The notes under the pieces: generated by a model | What the model was told of the DNA's origin: nothing | The model's input: the letters and a program-made list of their open reading frames with translations, nothing else | Databases searched by the model: none | Translations under genes and position numbers: made by a program | Shown here: in pieces, positions 20,747-33,505 of the stretch | How positions within the stretch are numbered: position 1 is the first letter of the stretch | Layout: each line of letters starts with the position of its first letter | From: Perkinsus chesapeaki ATCC PRA-425 | Taxonomy: Eukaryota > Protista > Perkinsozoa | Direction of reading: 5' to 3' | Assembly (NCBI GenBank): GCA_013115145.1 | Contig: JAAPAO010000376.1 | Coordinates: 1 to 34,696, forward strand | Length of the DNA: 34,696 nucleotides

Positions 20747-20884
20747 TGTTACTCTAATACCCGTACACTGTAGTGTTAGTCAATTACCAAGCAAACGGGG
20801 TACTACTTGGGGAGATCTGGGCCGACTCAATCGACTTGCTATGTCTTATTACTCTTGTAGACTTTAATTCGATAACATTTGAGA

Positions 20885-23769
20885 ATGGATGAGTTCGAGT
20901 TCGACCCTGATATGCAGTTGGTTGTTAAGGTACTACTGCTGCTGCTGTTGCTCAAGCTGATATTATCGTAACTCCTAGGTAGCTCCAGAGGACCAGCTCG
21001 ACCTTACACCAGAGGAGCTAGAGAAGGAGGTTGGTATCAGAGAGATTTGCCTTGCAGAGCCTCCTCCTGCTTCCATCCTATTATTAGGTCCCACCACGTG
21101 TCCTTCATCCTAATGATCCTCAAGCTCCGGACAACATAACACAATTCTCCTTTAAGGAGAGGATCTATAAACCCAATGATCAAGTGGACCATACAGCCTG
21201 GCATCTGGCAGTGGATGGGGTAGTCACCATCACTACCAGCGACTAGGTCATTGGTATTGGAAGGTTCTCATGCTCTCGGAGTCACCAGAGGCCCAGGAGG
21301 AGGATGAGGTACGGCAACGCAAGGCCAGAGAGCAGCAGATGCGTGATAGTACTGAGGCTGTTGATGTCTCTGTTGAGTAAGCACTCGAGAGCCGTTCCCG
21401 ACTTCTGTGTATGGGTATGTGATGGTATGACACGCAGGCTGTACGAAAGGAATGTATACCGCTGTCAGGCAAATTGACGGCGATCCAGATCCGGCTATCA
21501 ACACATTGAGGAACCAGTTCCACTTTGCCGATCGGGGTTCACAGACCAAGAATAGCATTATTAGAGATCGAGGCATTAGCACTGGTAAGACTAGGAGCTA
21601 GGAGGAATCGCTTGCGGGGTAGTGGAACTTTAGAGCCTCCCTCAACAACAACGCATAATGATACAGTGTCCCTATGGGGGATATATGATCATTATATGAA
21701 GGACATAGAGATGACCAAGGATAAGGCTGGAGGTAGTGGGGGAGGGGCAGGATGTTGAGCCGTACTGGTGGGGTCAGGCACTAGGAAGCTGACCAATGAG
21801 GATATGATAGATAGGAAGAAGGCAGGAGGGGATGCTGACCCGCTGTATGGTGATCCTATGAGATTGGTAATTAAGATAATGGAACGTATGGTTAATCAGA
21901 ATGCAGAGGGTGACATCTACAGCGATCTGAAGTGAGGGTTTGGGGGTAGGGGAGGAAATGAGGTCATCTCGATAGGTATTGGGAGGATCGCTCGGATGAG
22001 TACCGTGATGGTGATGGCACTCTTCTGCCCTTGTGGCGATTTGCCAGTGAAAAGGCAAAGCGGAAGCAAGTGACGTGTATAAGGTGCAATCCTAGGTAGG
22101 GCGGCAGGCTGAGGCGACTGACGGAGGCAATCTATAGCTGGCAGATACTCTGATCTATTCGCAGTTGGGTTTGGCTCATATGATTTCCTAAAGCAAGGTA
22201 CAGGGGTTATATGCTGCTATTCAATAAAGAATACACGCTTCCCTGAATACGTCTTTAATACCGACTCTGGTGTATGCTGCATAGATTGGCATCCCACCCA
22301 TCCGGCGATGTAAGGGACATACTCAACAATTAGATGGAGAGAAGGGCGGTCCGTGGGAAGTGGGAATTTGGTCTCGATTTAGGTTAGCGATTGGGCTTTA
22401 TGATGGTACGGTATTGGTCCATGATGTTCGATCAAAGAGCCGTAAGCCACTTTATCAGAGCACTATAAGAACTAATAAACATACTGATCCCGTTTGGGAG
22501 GTACATTGGAACACTGAAGACTCCGCTGGGGTAGGGAGATGTGCCTTTACCTCCTCGCACAGTTCAACCTGGTTCAGGTCCTCAACTTCTTTTCTATATC
22601 AGCTGATGGCCGTGTGAGCATCTGGCGGCTTATGAAGGACAAATTAGAGTATGCACCCGTTCCGTATCCATTTTATGTTGGTTATATTACCCTCGTTGGC
22701 AGGTCTGAACAACTGATGCAATTGAAGATAGCTGCACCATCACCAGAGGCTGAGAAGAAGGATAGTAGGATACCTCTGGAGCCGCGGTGCCATCATGCAT
22801 CTCTCAGACAGTCGAACAACCACCACTACCAACCCAGAGGATGATAAGGGTTTAGCTGGTGGGATGATGGATAGCCATTATAGTGCGGTGGGGAGCTGCT
22901 CCCTTTAGGCCTGGCTGGAGGCTTGTGCTTTGATTTCCATCCTACTGTTGATCATCTCTTCCTTGTTGGGACGGAAGAAGGCAAAATACACAAGTGCAGC
23001 AAGGATTTCTCTGGCCAGTAACCACCTCTACCTCGTTGACACCTCTACCTCGAATATCCTCCACCTCCCCTTGACAGATATCTATCAACATACGAGGGCC
23101 ACACTATGGCTGTTTACACTGTACGTTGGAATGACTACCACCCGAGGATCTTTATGTCAGCGAGCGCTGATTGGACGGTTAAGCTATGGGATCACACTCA
23201 AGAGTAAGCGTCCAGCGTTAGGGTAGAGTTTGTGCACCGCTGTGGGACAGATCCTGTCTGTTATCCTTCGATCTGGGTCAGGCTGTGGGGGACGTCGCCT
23301 GGGCCCCCTACAGCTCTACGGCATTTGCAGCCATCACCTCAGATGGTATAGTACATTTTTATGACCTATCCGTTAACAGGAATGAGCGCATTTGCTACCA
23401 GAAGGTAGGAGGACTGTTGGAGGAGCTGCCGCCGATGATTGGGCGATTTATGGTAGGTAGTACGAAAGGCTAAATTAACACATATAATGTTCAACACCAC
23501 CGAGCCAATCATTTTTGTCGGTGATGACCGTGGCGGTGTGAACTGCTTAAAGCTCTCACCGAACCTCCGAAAGTGAGCTGGGTCTAGTAGCTTGGACTCG
23601 TGGACGGTGGTTGTGGTCTAGGTACTGTGTTGTTACTGAGGAGGATGGTGATGTTACCAGGGAGGACTTGGAGATAAAGAAAATGAATAACTTCTTGGAG
23701 ATGGCAGTTGGGCCACAGAAGGACGACTCTGCTGCTACCGCTGCTGGAGTGGAGATGGTTGGTGCATGA
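20885..23769 (+). CDS. DNAI1: Axonemal outer-arm dynein intermediate chain 1 (DNAI1 / IC78-like, WD40), multi-exon
   Basis: [34 protein letters not shown]; [13 protein letters not shown]...EPP; [15 protein letters not shown]; [10 protein letters not shown]; FDFHP...[14 protein letters not shown]; [12 protein letters not shown]; [12 protein letters not shown]; [12 protein letters not shown]; [19 protein letters not shown]. Confidence 0.92.
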
Positions 23770-24057
23770 AGTGTTATTGTCAGTGTTATTCATATATACA
23801 AGTGCAGTGTTAGTTATAATAAGTACACACACCTCTACGATGGGGAGTTTCAACACTTCAATTCCTGGTATGTTCCAAGATTCCCCCCAGCGACCAGAGC
23901 TGCCCCCCCCCAGCATGACTAGATAACACAAAGCCTATCCTCATCCTCCTCAATGAGACGTGTTCCACTCAATCCTGCCACTCTGCTGCTCTATTGACTA
24001 TCTCTTCCTATCCAGACAGTATAGCTATTAAGAGCCTTTGGTGGTAAGCCACTCGGT

Positions 24058-25398
24058 TCAATCCGGTTGCTCAGTGGTGGCTAGTAGTTCATCCACTTTA
24101 GTTTGCCATCCTTCTATTCGGGTGCACCATTCTGGATTTACTGGTGATACGAAGTCGGTAAATGCATTATCAGTATCTGCCAGGCTAATACCGTGGCTCA
24201 CCTACCGAGTCTATCACCTTGAGCAGGATCCTTAACCCTATAGCAGTAGGCATGCAACCGGAGCCTGCCCTCTGGTGTGGGGCTTCCACCATACAGTGTA
24301 TCCCCTTTGATGGGGAAACCCATATGAGATAGATGAACCTGTGTTGTGGTAGATGTAAGGTATTGAGTGGTATTTAAGGCCTACCCTTATTTGGTGTGTT
24401 TTGCCTGTAATTGGCCGGCATGCAACGATACCATTACCGAGATGGCGAAAGAGAGTGGTACACTGCTGCGGAGCTGGTGGGCTATCTGTCGCGGGTTCAT
24501 CTACGACCTTGGACATTAAAGGTTGGTTTGGGACATGCTTCTCCACTACTATCGGAGCTCGGCATACTGAAGGTACCTGCTAATAGTCTTACTCCTCAAC
24601 AGTAGCAGCAGCAGCCTTATGGTGTTCACTTCGGTCGCGCTTTCTCCGACGTCTGCCACATAGACCTTAGCCAGCAATGACTTGTCCTTGAGTCGTTCGT
24701 GGATAGCTGCATTCTTAGCCAGTAGTATAACACCGCTGGTATCCCTATCGAGCCTATTGATGGGCCGTATAATGGGTACGTTAAGAGATTGCGTAAGAAT
24801 GTGAACGAGACATGTTCGCATGTATTTACCACCAGAATGGGTTGGCAGACCGGCCGGCTTGTGTACCTATAATGGTCGGTGCGCAGCAGCAGCACAGTAG
24901 TGTTGGTCCTATCCTACTGCAAGTATCCCTCTCATATCCTCTATTAGTATGATACGCTCATCTCCTTCATTAAATTTCACTTTAGGCTCCTCAACCCTCC
25001 ACGTATGAACCAAACCGTCCCCATTCCGCAGTACAGTGTCTACCAATCGCATATTCACCGAGCAACACAAGCGTGGATCGGCTGCCGCTGCTGTTACCTG
25101 GCTTGGCTCGATGAGGGACTGAGCTCTTCCCAGCTGCCTTAACTTTGATACGGCCCTCTTCACAGGCTTGATTGATATATTCCTCATCCAAGGCGAACTC
25201 GACGGACATGATATCCTTCAGCTTACCTACGTTCACTATACCTTAGATGGTATCCTAAGGTCACTTACGACCACGCCATCTCATCTTGCAATCGACCGAC
25301 TTTGTGGTAGTATAAGGTTTAGCTTTAATGCTTTGGTTTGTTATAATAAACTCATCTTCTGATGGGAGTATTACCCTCGATACGGGGCAGTGTGCCAT
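24058..25398 (-). CDS. RluA-family RNA pseudouridine synthase (RPUSD2/Rib2-like), multi-exon; start uncertain
   Basis: KPYTTTKSVDCKMRWRGR.LKDIMSVEF; catalytic INRLDRDTSGVILLAK; CRPITGKTHQIR|VHLSHMGFPIKGDTLYGG; LRLHAYCY. Confidence 0.88.
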
Positions 25399-25707
25399 AT
25401 ACCACTGATAATGAACTACTACGGCCCCACACTACGGGCTCAGGTACCCGACTAAGCTACATCCAGGTAACGTTTACAGTGGCTTTGAGGTCCATCGGAA
25501 AACACACTTCCTCGCCATAGGTGGGCCCGTCCAACGTGAGTTAGTTCCACAGTGGGTCACCAGCCTTTTTGCACGGCAGCCATTTCATTGTCCGACTTGC
25601 GTCATCTTGCGTTTTCTTGCATCTCCTTAACGCTCCCGGTCTGTGTCAGTTTTGCGTTGTTGTTGTATGCCCATCTGACGTGTAGGGTTTTTACCGATAT
25701 TATTATA

Positions 25708-27103
25708 ATGGTGGCCAAGAAGGAGGCTGATAACTCCTTTGACTCAGTAATAAAGCTATGCTGTGCTGAAGAGGTAATAACAACGGCGAGAGAGCTAATA
25801 GAATGGGAATCATAGTACTTTGTATAAGCTCCCTAGTGGATCTGCTTCATATGTGGCCTCGAACTAATGTAGTTGTATTCCATATGCCAGCTGGTGGGGC
25901 CTATAGCCTTTCCAATAGTGGTAGGGTTAATATAGGTCACTGATAGGCAGTAGTGGGTTGAATAGGTTACTAGCGATAAGATACCTGCTACTTCGATGGG
26001 GGATCCACCATGCACTGTGAGTAGGTATGGAATAGGTATAGGCTGGGTTATTGGGCAACTTGTACTATTTCATTGTATTGTGGAGCTATTATTGTTTAGG
26101 AGTGTGAGCCTGAAGAGCTCTCAGAGGTGGTGCTTGATGAAGAGAATTTACCAAAGATAACAAAAGCCGATATGAGCGGCGACATTGCCAAGTAGTCCGC
26201 CATTCTACTGTTGTATCATTAGATGTAGCTACGGTTCAGGTGCGAGAATCTTACGTTGATCAACTTAACCTGCTGTGGCCTTACAAGCATCGACGCCCCT
26301 TTTCCTGAGCTACCCAACGTACAGACTGTAGATATGAGCGAGAATAAGCTGACCTCTGACGTTCTAGAGTAAGTAGGCTCCCAGTGGGTGTGATGATGAT
26401 ATACTGTTTCTCTGTTCAGTAAGTTCAGCAATCTATCTGCCCTTCGGCTATTGGTGCTGCGGGGTAACCTGATAGAGACTGTGGATGAGTTCAAGGCATT
26501 GAGGGATCTTAAGGCCCTACAGGCTATTGACATCGGTAATGTGGGGGAGGGTGGCCTTGTAGAGGGGCTTATTAGAGGGCTGTCCTGTAACGAAGGTGGC
26601 CAACTACCGTGAGAAAATATTCAAGATGCTGGAGCAAGTTGAGGTTATAGATGATAGAGGGCGGGAGGTAAGCTCTAGAGGAAGGGACTAAGGGTAAGGA
26701 ATTGTGTACAGGGAGAGAAGGTTGATATGGCTCGGCTATTGGGGCTGACGAATGAAGATGGAGAGCTGGTATCAGAAGGCTCGGAAGAATCTGATGGTGA
26801 TGATGGTGATGTGTTGGATGCTCTTGGAAGGGAGGAGTTGAGGAAGATGCTAGAGTAGTAGCTAGTGGGAGAAGGAGGAGCTGTTTGAGATTTCATTGCT
26901 TTAGCTTGGAGGATGATGATGATGAGGAGGAGGAGGAGGACAGTGATCCTGATGAGAATGATAAGTCTGAGGATGAGGAAGATGTTGATCCTGATATACC
27001 ACCAGTAGCTAAGAACGACGAGAATAGCGAAGATGCAGAGCAGGAGGAAGAGAGTAGCCAACCGCCGGCTACCAAGAAAGCACGCAAGGGTGGTGTTAAG
27101 TAG
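25708..27103 (+). CDS. ANP32-like acidic leucine-rich repeat protein, multi-exon
   Basis: LRRs (LTLINLTCCGLTSID.PFPELPNVQTVDMSENKL; LRLLVLRGNLIETVDEFKALRDLKALQAIDI), LRR cap (CPVTKVANYREKIFKMLEQVEVID), a long D/E tail and a C-terminal NLS-like PPATKKARK. Confidence 0.85.
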
Positions 27104-27254
27104 CTCACAGGGTAGTGGCTACACTACTGCTGCCGCTGCTGCCGTTGTTGTTGTTTCCCACGTATACTGTCCCCTCTATACAGTAGATATTGTGTTGAGC
27201 TATAGTGGCCCAATAGATCTGTTGTTAGTTATATATATTTTATCATTATACACA

Positions 27255-28561
27255 ATGCCATTCTCAAGCAAAGTATTCAGGAATTTAAAAGACTCTGTAT
27301 GATTACCGTTTAACCGTAAATGGTTATTATTGTCTTTTTAGATTGTCGGAGTGAAGGAGCAAGATGAAGATCCTCTCAAGACCACCCGTCTCGCTATCGA
27401 AGCCTATAGCAAGGACTCCAAGGTGAGGCTTGCAAGCCCTCGCTCTATATCCCTAATGTTTGTTCTTCTTCAGGCCCTCTGTCAGACTTTGCAAGATTTC
27501 GCAAAGGCAAATGACGAGCTTGATGGGGTTAGAGGGGAAGTGGTGAACACAGCAAAGGCGTTCCTGTTGCCGATGGACCAGCAGGGTGGGCTTCAAGTGG
27601 CCTCTGATCCCGAGGTAGGTGGAGAAGCAGCAGTCTAGTGAGATAGGGCAGGATGTTGTTTTCAGTTGACGAAGGTTGGTAATGTGTTCTCGGCTCAAAT
27701 AGAGAATATGAGTCGATCTAAGACGGAGACTAGGAAACTCCTTGATGATGCTATAAGCGAGGCGTCGGCAATGGAGAGGAGGTTGGCTGATATAGACACA
27801 GCATTTGGGGAGAGAGATAAGGCTGCTGAGTTGGTAGCACATTACAAGGAGAAGATGCAGTCGCTTAATGAGGAGCATTTGAGCAAGCCTAAGAAGGATA
27901 TGGATGATAGAGTCAAGAGGGTAATAGGGGGAGGAGGAGGAGGGGTTCAGTTGTTGTTGTTGTCTTTCAGAATCTCGTTAAGCAACAGAATGCAGTTGAG
28001 GCGTACAAACGTGTGGATAACCAAGTCAGAGCGGATGCCAACCAAGTGCTGGAGGGCCGTCAGACTAGCTTCGCCAAGATACTCGAGAAGGTAGGTGGCT
28101 GACCGCCGCCGCCGCCGCAGGAGGAGGTGTGAGGAGATGGAGGTATGTGTTGTTAGATGTGCACGTATCTGGCAAAGAACGGCAAGACACAAGGTGAAGC
28201 TGTACCGGCATTCGAGGAGCAGATACCAGCAATGATTAGAGAGAGTGAGGCTAATTTGGAGAGGACCAGAGCCGCAAGGGAAGCTGCAAAGGCCGCTGCA
28301 TTGGCAAGGCCAACTAAGAGCAGCACCTCGACGCTTGTACAGCAGCAGCATACTGACCCGAAACCCGAGACACCGAAGATGGAGGATCAAACATCGACTG
28401 CCGTGAACACTCCTACTGCAAAGGAAGGGGATGATGGAGAGAAGAAGGTTGATGAGCATCAGCAAAAGGAGGCACCAGAAGCAGCTGAGGAGGGGGCCAA
28501 GGAGGAGGCAACCCCGGACCAGTCACCTATGAGATCAGCCGACTCACTTGATAAGGAGTAA
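27255..28561 (+). CDS. N-BAR-like protein, paralog A
   Basis: MPFSSKVFRNLKDS|IVGVKEQDEDPLKTTRLAIEAYSKDSK|ALCQTLQDF...|LTKVGNVFSAQIE...GERDKAAELVAHYKEKMQSL...KPKKDMDDRVKR|NLVKQQNAVEAYKRVD...ILEK|MCTYL...QIPAMI, then an A/E/P/T-rich tail. Confidence 0.8.
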
Positions 28562-28763
28562 TTCATTCGTTAGATACCCCAGTGCTCAGCAGCAGCACAT
28601 TCAAAACATTAAGACATTCATTCACTTACAGCCTTTTAAGGCATTGGCTACCACCGCCGCCCACTTACTGATAGAAACATTGTTTCCGTTGTGGCTGTTG
28701 CCATCCAGTATGTCGTTGAGTTGGGGAGGCACTGATGATTGCTGTTAGTTTTATATATCAATA

Positions 28764-30311
28764 ATGCCATTCTATAGCAGAACTGTTAGAGACCTCAAGG
28801 ATTCAGTAAGTCGCGGGGATGGATGGCTGGGCGGAGAGAGGAGGGCATAAGGTGCTGCAGCAGCAGCACTCACAGGCGATGTATTGAATGTTTTCATTTG
28901 ATATACATTTACTATGCATGTGCAAACTAGGCTTCAGTCGATGATGCAGAAGGAGCCCCTTGAGAGGATATTGTTATTGTGTAGATGTTTGGTGTGAAGC
29001 CAGAGAAGAGTGATCCTTTACAGAGGTCTAGAGAAGAGGTCACTGAATACCTCTCGAAGGCAAAGGTGAGAATTCCAACTCATGGGGTAATACGTTACTC
29101 ATAGCCTTGTTACTCAGGAGCTTCAAGCAACATTGTTGAACTTCCAGAAGACTGTGGATGAGATGGGGGCTATTAGGGAGGACGTCGTTAGACAGTCTCG
29201 AAACTTTTTAATGCCGCTCAGTGAGGGAGGTCAGGACTATAGTGCATCTTCGGGGGGACAGGTAGGCTAATGTGGTACCTAATAGTAGATTGTAAGGGTT
29301 TGGTCTTAGTACGCGAAGGTTGGAGAGTTGTTTGCTAATCAAATAGAGATAATGAGCACTTCGAAGGCCAACACAAGGTCCTTGTTGAATGATGCTATAG
29401 CTGATGCTGGCACACTCATAGAGAGGCTTACGGACCTGCAGACTCAGTTCAGCGAGAGGGATAGGGCTGGAGAGTCGGTCGAGCATTACAGGCAGAAGCT
29501 GTCGGATCTGAATACAGAGCAGGTTAATAAGCCTAAGAAGGATATACAGGACAGGATTAAGAGGGTAAGCAGCCTTACGGTGGCTGCAGCTGAGGGGTAG
29601 GCTGTCTGTTTTAGAATATCGTGAAGTACAATGAAGCTGTATCGAACTATCAGAGTATTGATGATGCTTGCCGATCAGCGGTGTCAGTGTTATTGGAGAG
29701 CCGCCAGGCAGACTTCTCCCAGATACTGGAGAATGTAGGAATGGAAAGGGGTGGTGTCGTTATCGGAACTGGCTACTGTACTTGAGCTCACCCTCCCGCG
29801 GACGTGTGGTATAACATCGGACAGGCTGCTGTTGATACATACGAGGTTAGTTCAAGTGGTCGTTTTGCTTCTAGTATGGCTTGTTGCCGCAAATAATGGG
29901 GAGGCTGCTGAGTAAGATAAGGCTAATCTAATTGCGTCTGCTCAGTGCAAGTAGTGTTTTTGACTTTGTTATTTTCAGATGTGCCTCTATATAGCGACCA
30001 ATGTCCAGTCCTCTACCTCTTGTATACCAGTATTTACCAAGGAAATACCAGATGCTGTGGAGCATAATAAAGCTCTTAGGGATGAACAGATTAAAGCAAG
30101 GAAGGAGGCTGCTGCTGCTGCTCCTAGCGCTGATGCTGCGGCTGGTGGTGTCTCTGATGCTACCAAGATACAGCCTCTTACTGAAGCCGCCCCTGAAGAG
30201 GTCAACGAGGCAGCGCCAGAGGTCGCAGAGAATGATACACCTAAAGGTGCTGATGGTGACGCTGATGGGAAGGTCGTCAATGGCCCTTCTGCTTCGCCAT
30301 CCACTGTGTAA
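28764..30311 (+). CDS. N-BAR-like protein, paralog B (closest to A)
   Basis: MPFYSRTVRDLKDS|MFGVKPEKSDPLQRSREEVTEYLSKAK|ELQATL...|YAKVGELFANQIE...SERDRAGESVEHYRQKLSDL...KPKKDIQDRIKR|NIVKYNEAV...ILEN|MCLYI...EIPDAV, then an Ala-rich tail. Confidence 0.8.
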
Positions 30312-30503
30312 AGACTTGAATTTTAGTAGCAGTTACTGTTGCTGTTGTGATGATGATGATTTGTTAACTTTAGCCCATTGGCATTTTTAATACACATACA
30401 TTTCTAGGGTAGTAATACAGGTAGTAACGATGTTGTTGAGTAGTAGTATATCTCAGTTTATCCCTTGTGAAGTTATTATTTAATATTTTTCATCACAACT
30501 ACT

Positions 30504-31669
30504 ATGGCAGAAAACGACATCAGCGCTACAAATGCGAAGCCTGCCGTCATGACTCGCCATGAGAGGACGGCCTCTTCATCGGTCGGCGGTGCTGCGCCAA
30601 CAGTAGCTTCGACATCGTCGTCGTCGTTGTCCAATGGCGAGGATCCTCTATCAAGTCTGCGAGCCCAGCTGCCTCAACATGAGGCTAAGGCTAGAGCTTT
30701 ATTGAGCTCATTACAGGAGATAGGGGATTATGTTAGTAAATTAGACGAGGCACAGCAGAAGACAGCAAGGCTATTCCGAACTGAACTCATGGCACCTTCA
30801 GGGCGTCCTGTCAACCACGATGTAATAACGCTCCTTGTGGGGATCGAACCTGCGTGCCTGTGAGGTAATATTTCTCTCTTTCTTCAGTACTCCCAAGCCT
30901 GCACTTTATTCGTGAACCAGTTGAATGCTATTCACGAATCTATACTGGATGCCCGATGTGAACTATCTGGAGCAGTATGCTTTGCTGAAGAGATGGTAGA
31001 TAGGAACCATGAGATACAGGGCAGACTACTGCAGCGGGACAGGACTAATGGTCAGCTTAAACGATGTATTATGAAAGTACAGGAGTTATCACAGAAAGAT
31101 ACCAAACATATGAGTAGAGATTATGACCAACAAATTGGAGAGGTAACCTAGTGCTACGAGTTGGCTGCTACCATCGGTTATCATCAGGCACTTAACAAAT
31201 ACCATAATGTTGAGCGTGAGGCCGAGACCTTGGATAAGTCGGTTACAGCCGATCTTAAGGCCCTTATTGAGCACCAGGATACCGACTATGCGAGAGTGCT
31301 GGCTCCGGTACTATTCACGAATACCTTTTACCTTACAAGGCTTCCCGTCAGTTCTCTCGGTATCTTGGTGTAGCTGCATCGACAGAGTCTAATACAGCAT
31401 ATATACTGGCTAAAAAAGTTCCAAATATGCTTCGCTCCGCCGTTCATGAAGATTTAGTGTCCGACCGAAGACCTCAGGCATTCTCAATTGATGAGGAGGA
31501 GGATGATGACGACGAGGCAGAGGAGGTATCGGCCGCTGGTGGCACTATAGATGCGTGCGTTGAGGAAACTCCGCGTGCAAGTTGCGAGGGCGCCGTACCC
31601 ACTGCTAGGCAGTCAGAGCCTCCCAAAGAGACCGCTCGACCGGCTGTACAAGGCCAGAAGGGAGCGTAG
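30504..31669 (+). CDS. BAR-like protein, paralog C (Ser/Ala-rich N-terminal extension, acidic tail)
   Basis: ...EDPLSSLRAQLPQHEAKARAL...KLDEAQQKTARLF...|YSQACTLFVNQLN...LQRDRTNGQLKRCIMKVQEL...|ALNKYHNVERE...DYARVLAP|FSRYLG...KVPNML. Confidence 0.75.
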
Positions 31670-32290
31670 AGAATCGTTCAACTTAGCTCCTGCTATCTCA
31701 GGCTGGCGCGTGCGACGTTGTCGTTGGGTGCTCTAGCATGAACGATACTGTGTGCAATTTTGTATAAGTTTTCTATACACTAAGCTCCGATTTGTATCAG
31801 CGCCATTTTTATCATTGTTGCATTGGCCACCTTCCGTTGCCACAAGAACCTGGAAAAGTGCAGGATTCCTGTCGGGAGGAGCTTGCGGCGTTATCTCCGT
31901 ATTTTCCATAACTACTGCACCACCAATACTTGTCGAGTTTTGAATACATCTCTATTGACTTTTGTTCAAGTAATCAATTGGCGGCTGGCCGCTCTTGCTT
32001 TCTGAGCATCATGAGGCTCAAGCTGATTTTTAACTCCCGACAATCTCGGGGTGTTTAAATTTCATATCTAGGATATATGCTTACATTTGGCAGTGGGATC
32101 ATTTTTAAAAGCATTTCAACTTATGTTTATCAAACGAGGCGATTGTCTTGCCGAGGCTAGCAACACAATGTCTCTTGTGGCACAAAGGCTTCGGAGCTAG
32201 TCCCGTGGCGAGTGACGTATTTTGTACCGGTAGTTGTATTTCGAATATTCTTAATAGGTTTGTTTTACCCTATTTGTTATTATTATTAAA

Positions 32291-33265
32291 ATGGATTTTG
32301 CTGAAGAAGGCGAGTGGAGCCCTATGAAGCACATCAGCGAGGAGAAGCTCGAATATTTCAGAGAGAATCTTCCCCAACGTGCGGGTGTTGCTGAAAATCT
32401 GAGAGACCAGATGGAACTGGTGAACCATTATATGCAGAAGCTGGATGAAGCTCAGAAGGATGTTGCTCGGTTGTTTGAAGAGCAACTTGTTACTGAGGAA
32501 GCTGAAGGCGAAAGCGACTACGTAAGCCTCTGTTACGCTGCGAGTTGAGGTGGTGAAGTGATGGTGTTCAGTTCCGTGATGCCTGTAGGGAGTTTTTGAC
32601 CAAGTCGGAGGCCTGGCACAACGCTGTTGAGTGCGCGCAGCCTAAAATGGATCGTGCACTTGCTAGAGCCCAAGCTGTAAGGCATAGCTCCTGCTGCTGC
32701 AACCTGAGTGTCATTTAGTAGCCGTCAGGTTGCTGGTCAATACAGACGTCTCGAAGAAGCTGACGATCTAAGTTCTCTTGATCACGTTACTGCCAACAAG
32801 CTCTATCAGTCGGTTCAGTGCCCCGGTGCGGACTACGCTAAAATACTAGCACCTGTAAGTGGTCTGATACGGCTTATTCTTGCTAGTCTATGATCGTGTT
32901 CTTGCTCTTAGTATTCTCGTTATCTCGGTTACTGCGCTCCAGGCAGCGACTGTGCCTCTGTTCTGGTTAAAACCGTCCCCCGTGAGATTCGCCGTGGTAT
33001 GAAGGACATCCCAGAGCCTGTCCTCACAGCTGAGAAGTCCACCGATCACAGTTCGTCTAGCTCTTCGTCTTCATCATCATCCAGCAGCGATGGCGAAGCC
33101 AGTGAAGGCGGTCACCATCGTAGCCGTCGTGGACTCTTTGGCCGCCGTCGTCAGGGCAGCGGCGAGTCCGGTAATGAAGAGAAGGAGCATGAAGAGGAGG
33201 AAGGCGGTGCCCATCATATGATGGTAGGAGGAACTGAGGTTACTATTGTACAGGATGGAGAGTAA
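32291..33265 (+). CDS. BAR-like protein, paralog D (internally shortened; closest to C)
   Basis: ...LPQRAGVAENL...KLDEAQKDVARLF...|FRDACREFLTK...ARAQA|VAGQYRRLEEADDLSSLDHV...DYAKILAP|YSRYLG...TVPREI, then poly-Ser, RSRRGLFGRRR and acidic tail. Confidence 0.75.
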
Positions 33266-33505
33266 ATACTAGAAATCTTTTTCTTTGCTGTCGCCATTTG
33301 AAAGGCTCTTTAGCAGCCACTGCGGTGGTGTGCGTTATTACAGATGAGTGTTTAATCGACTTGCCGTTTTCGGCAAGTGCGTGCCTTCCTTTAGCAGGCT
33401 GTTGTTGTGTTGTCCTCCATTGGTTGGCTAGTGCTTGCTTGTTCGTTGAATTATCGGAGATATGGGAAGTTTCCGTATTCGGTCAGGTTTTCTATTGTTA
33501 TTTAA

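Noticed and set aside
31480-31515. FSIDEEEDDDD in the paralog C tail as a LIR/AIM or adaptor-binding motif
   Set aside because: Does not fit the W/F/Y-x-x-L/I/V or FxDxF consensus.
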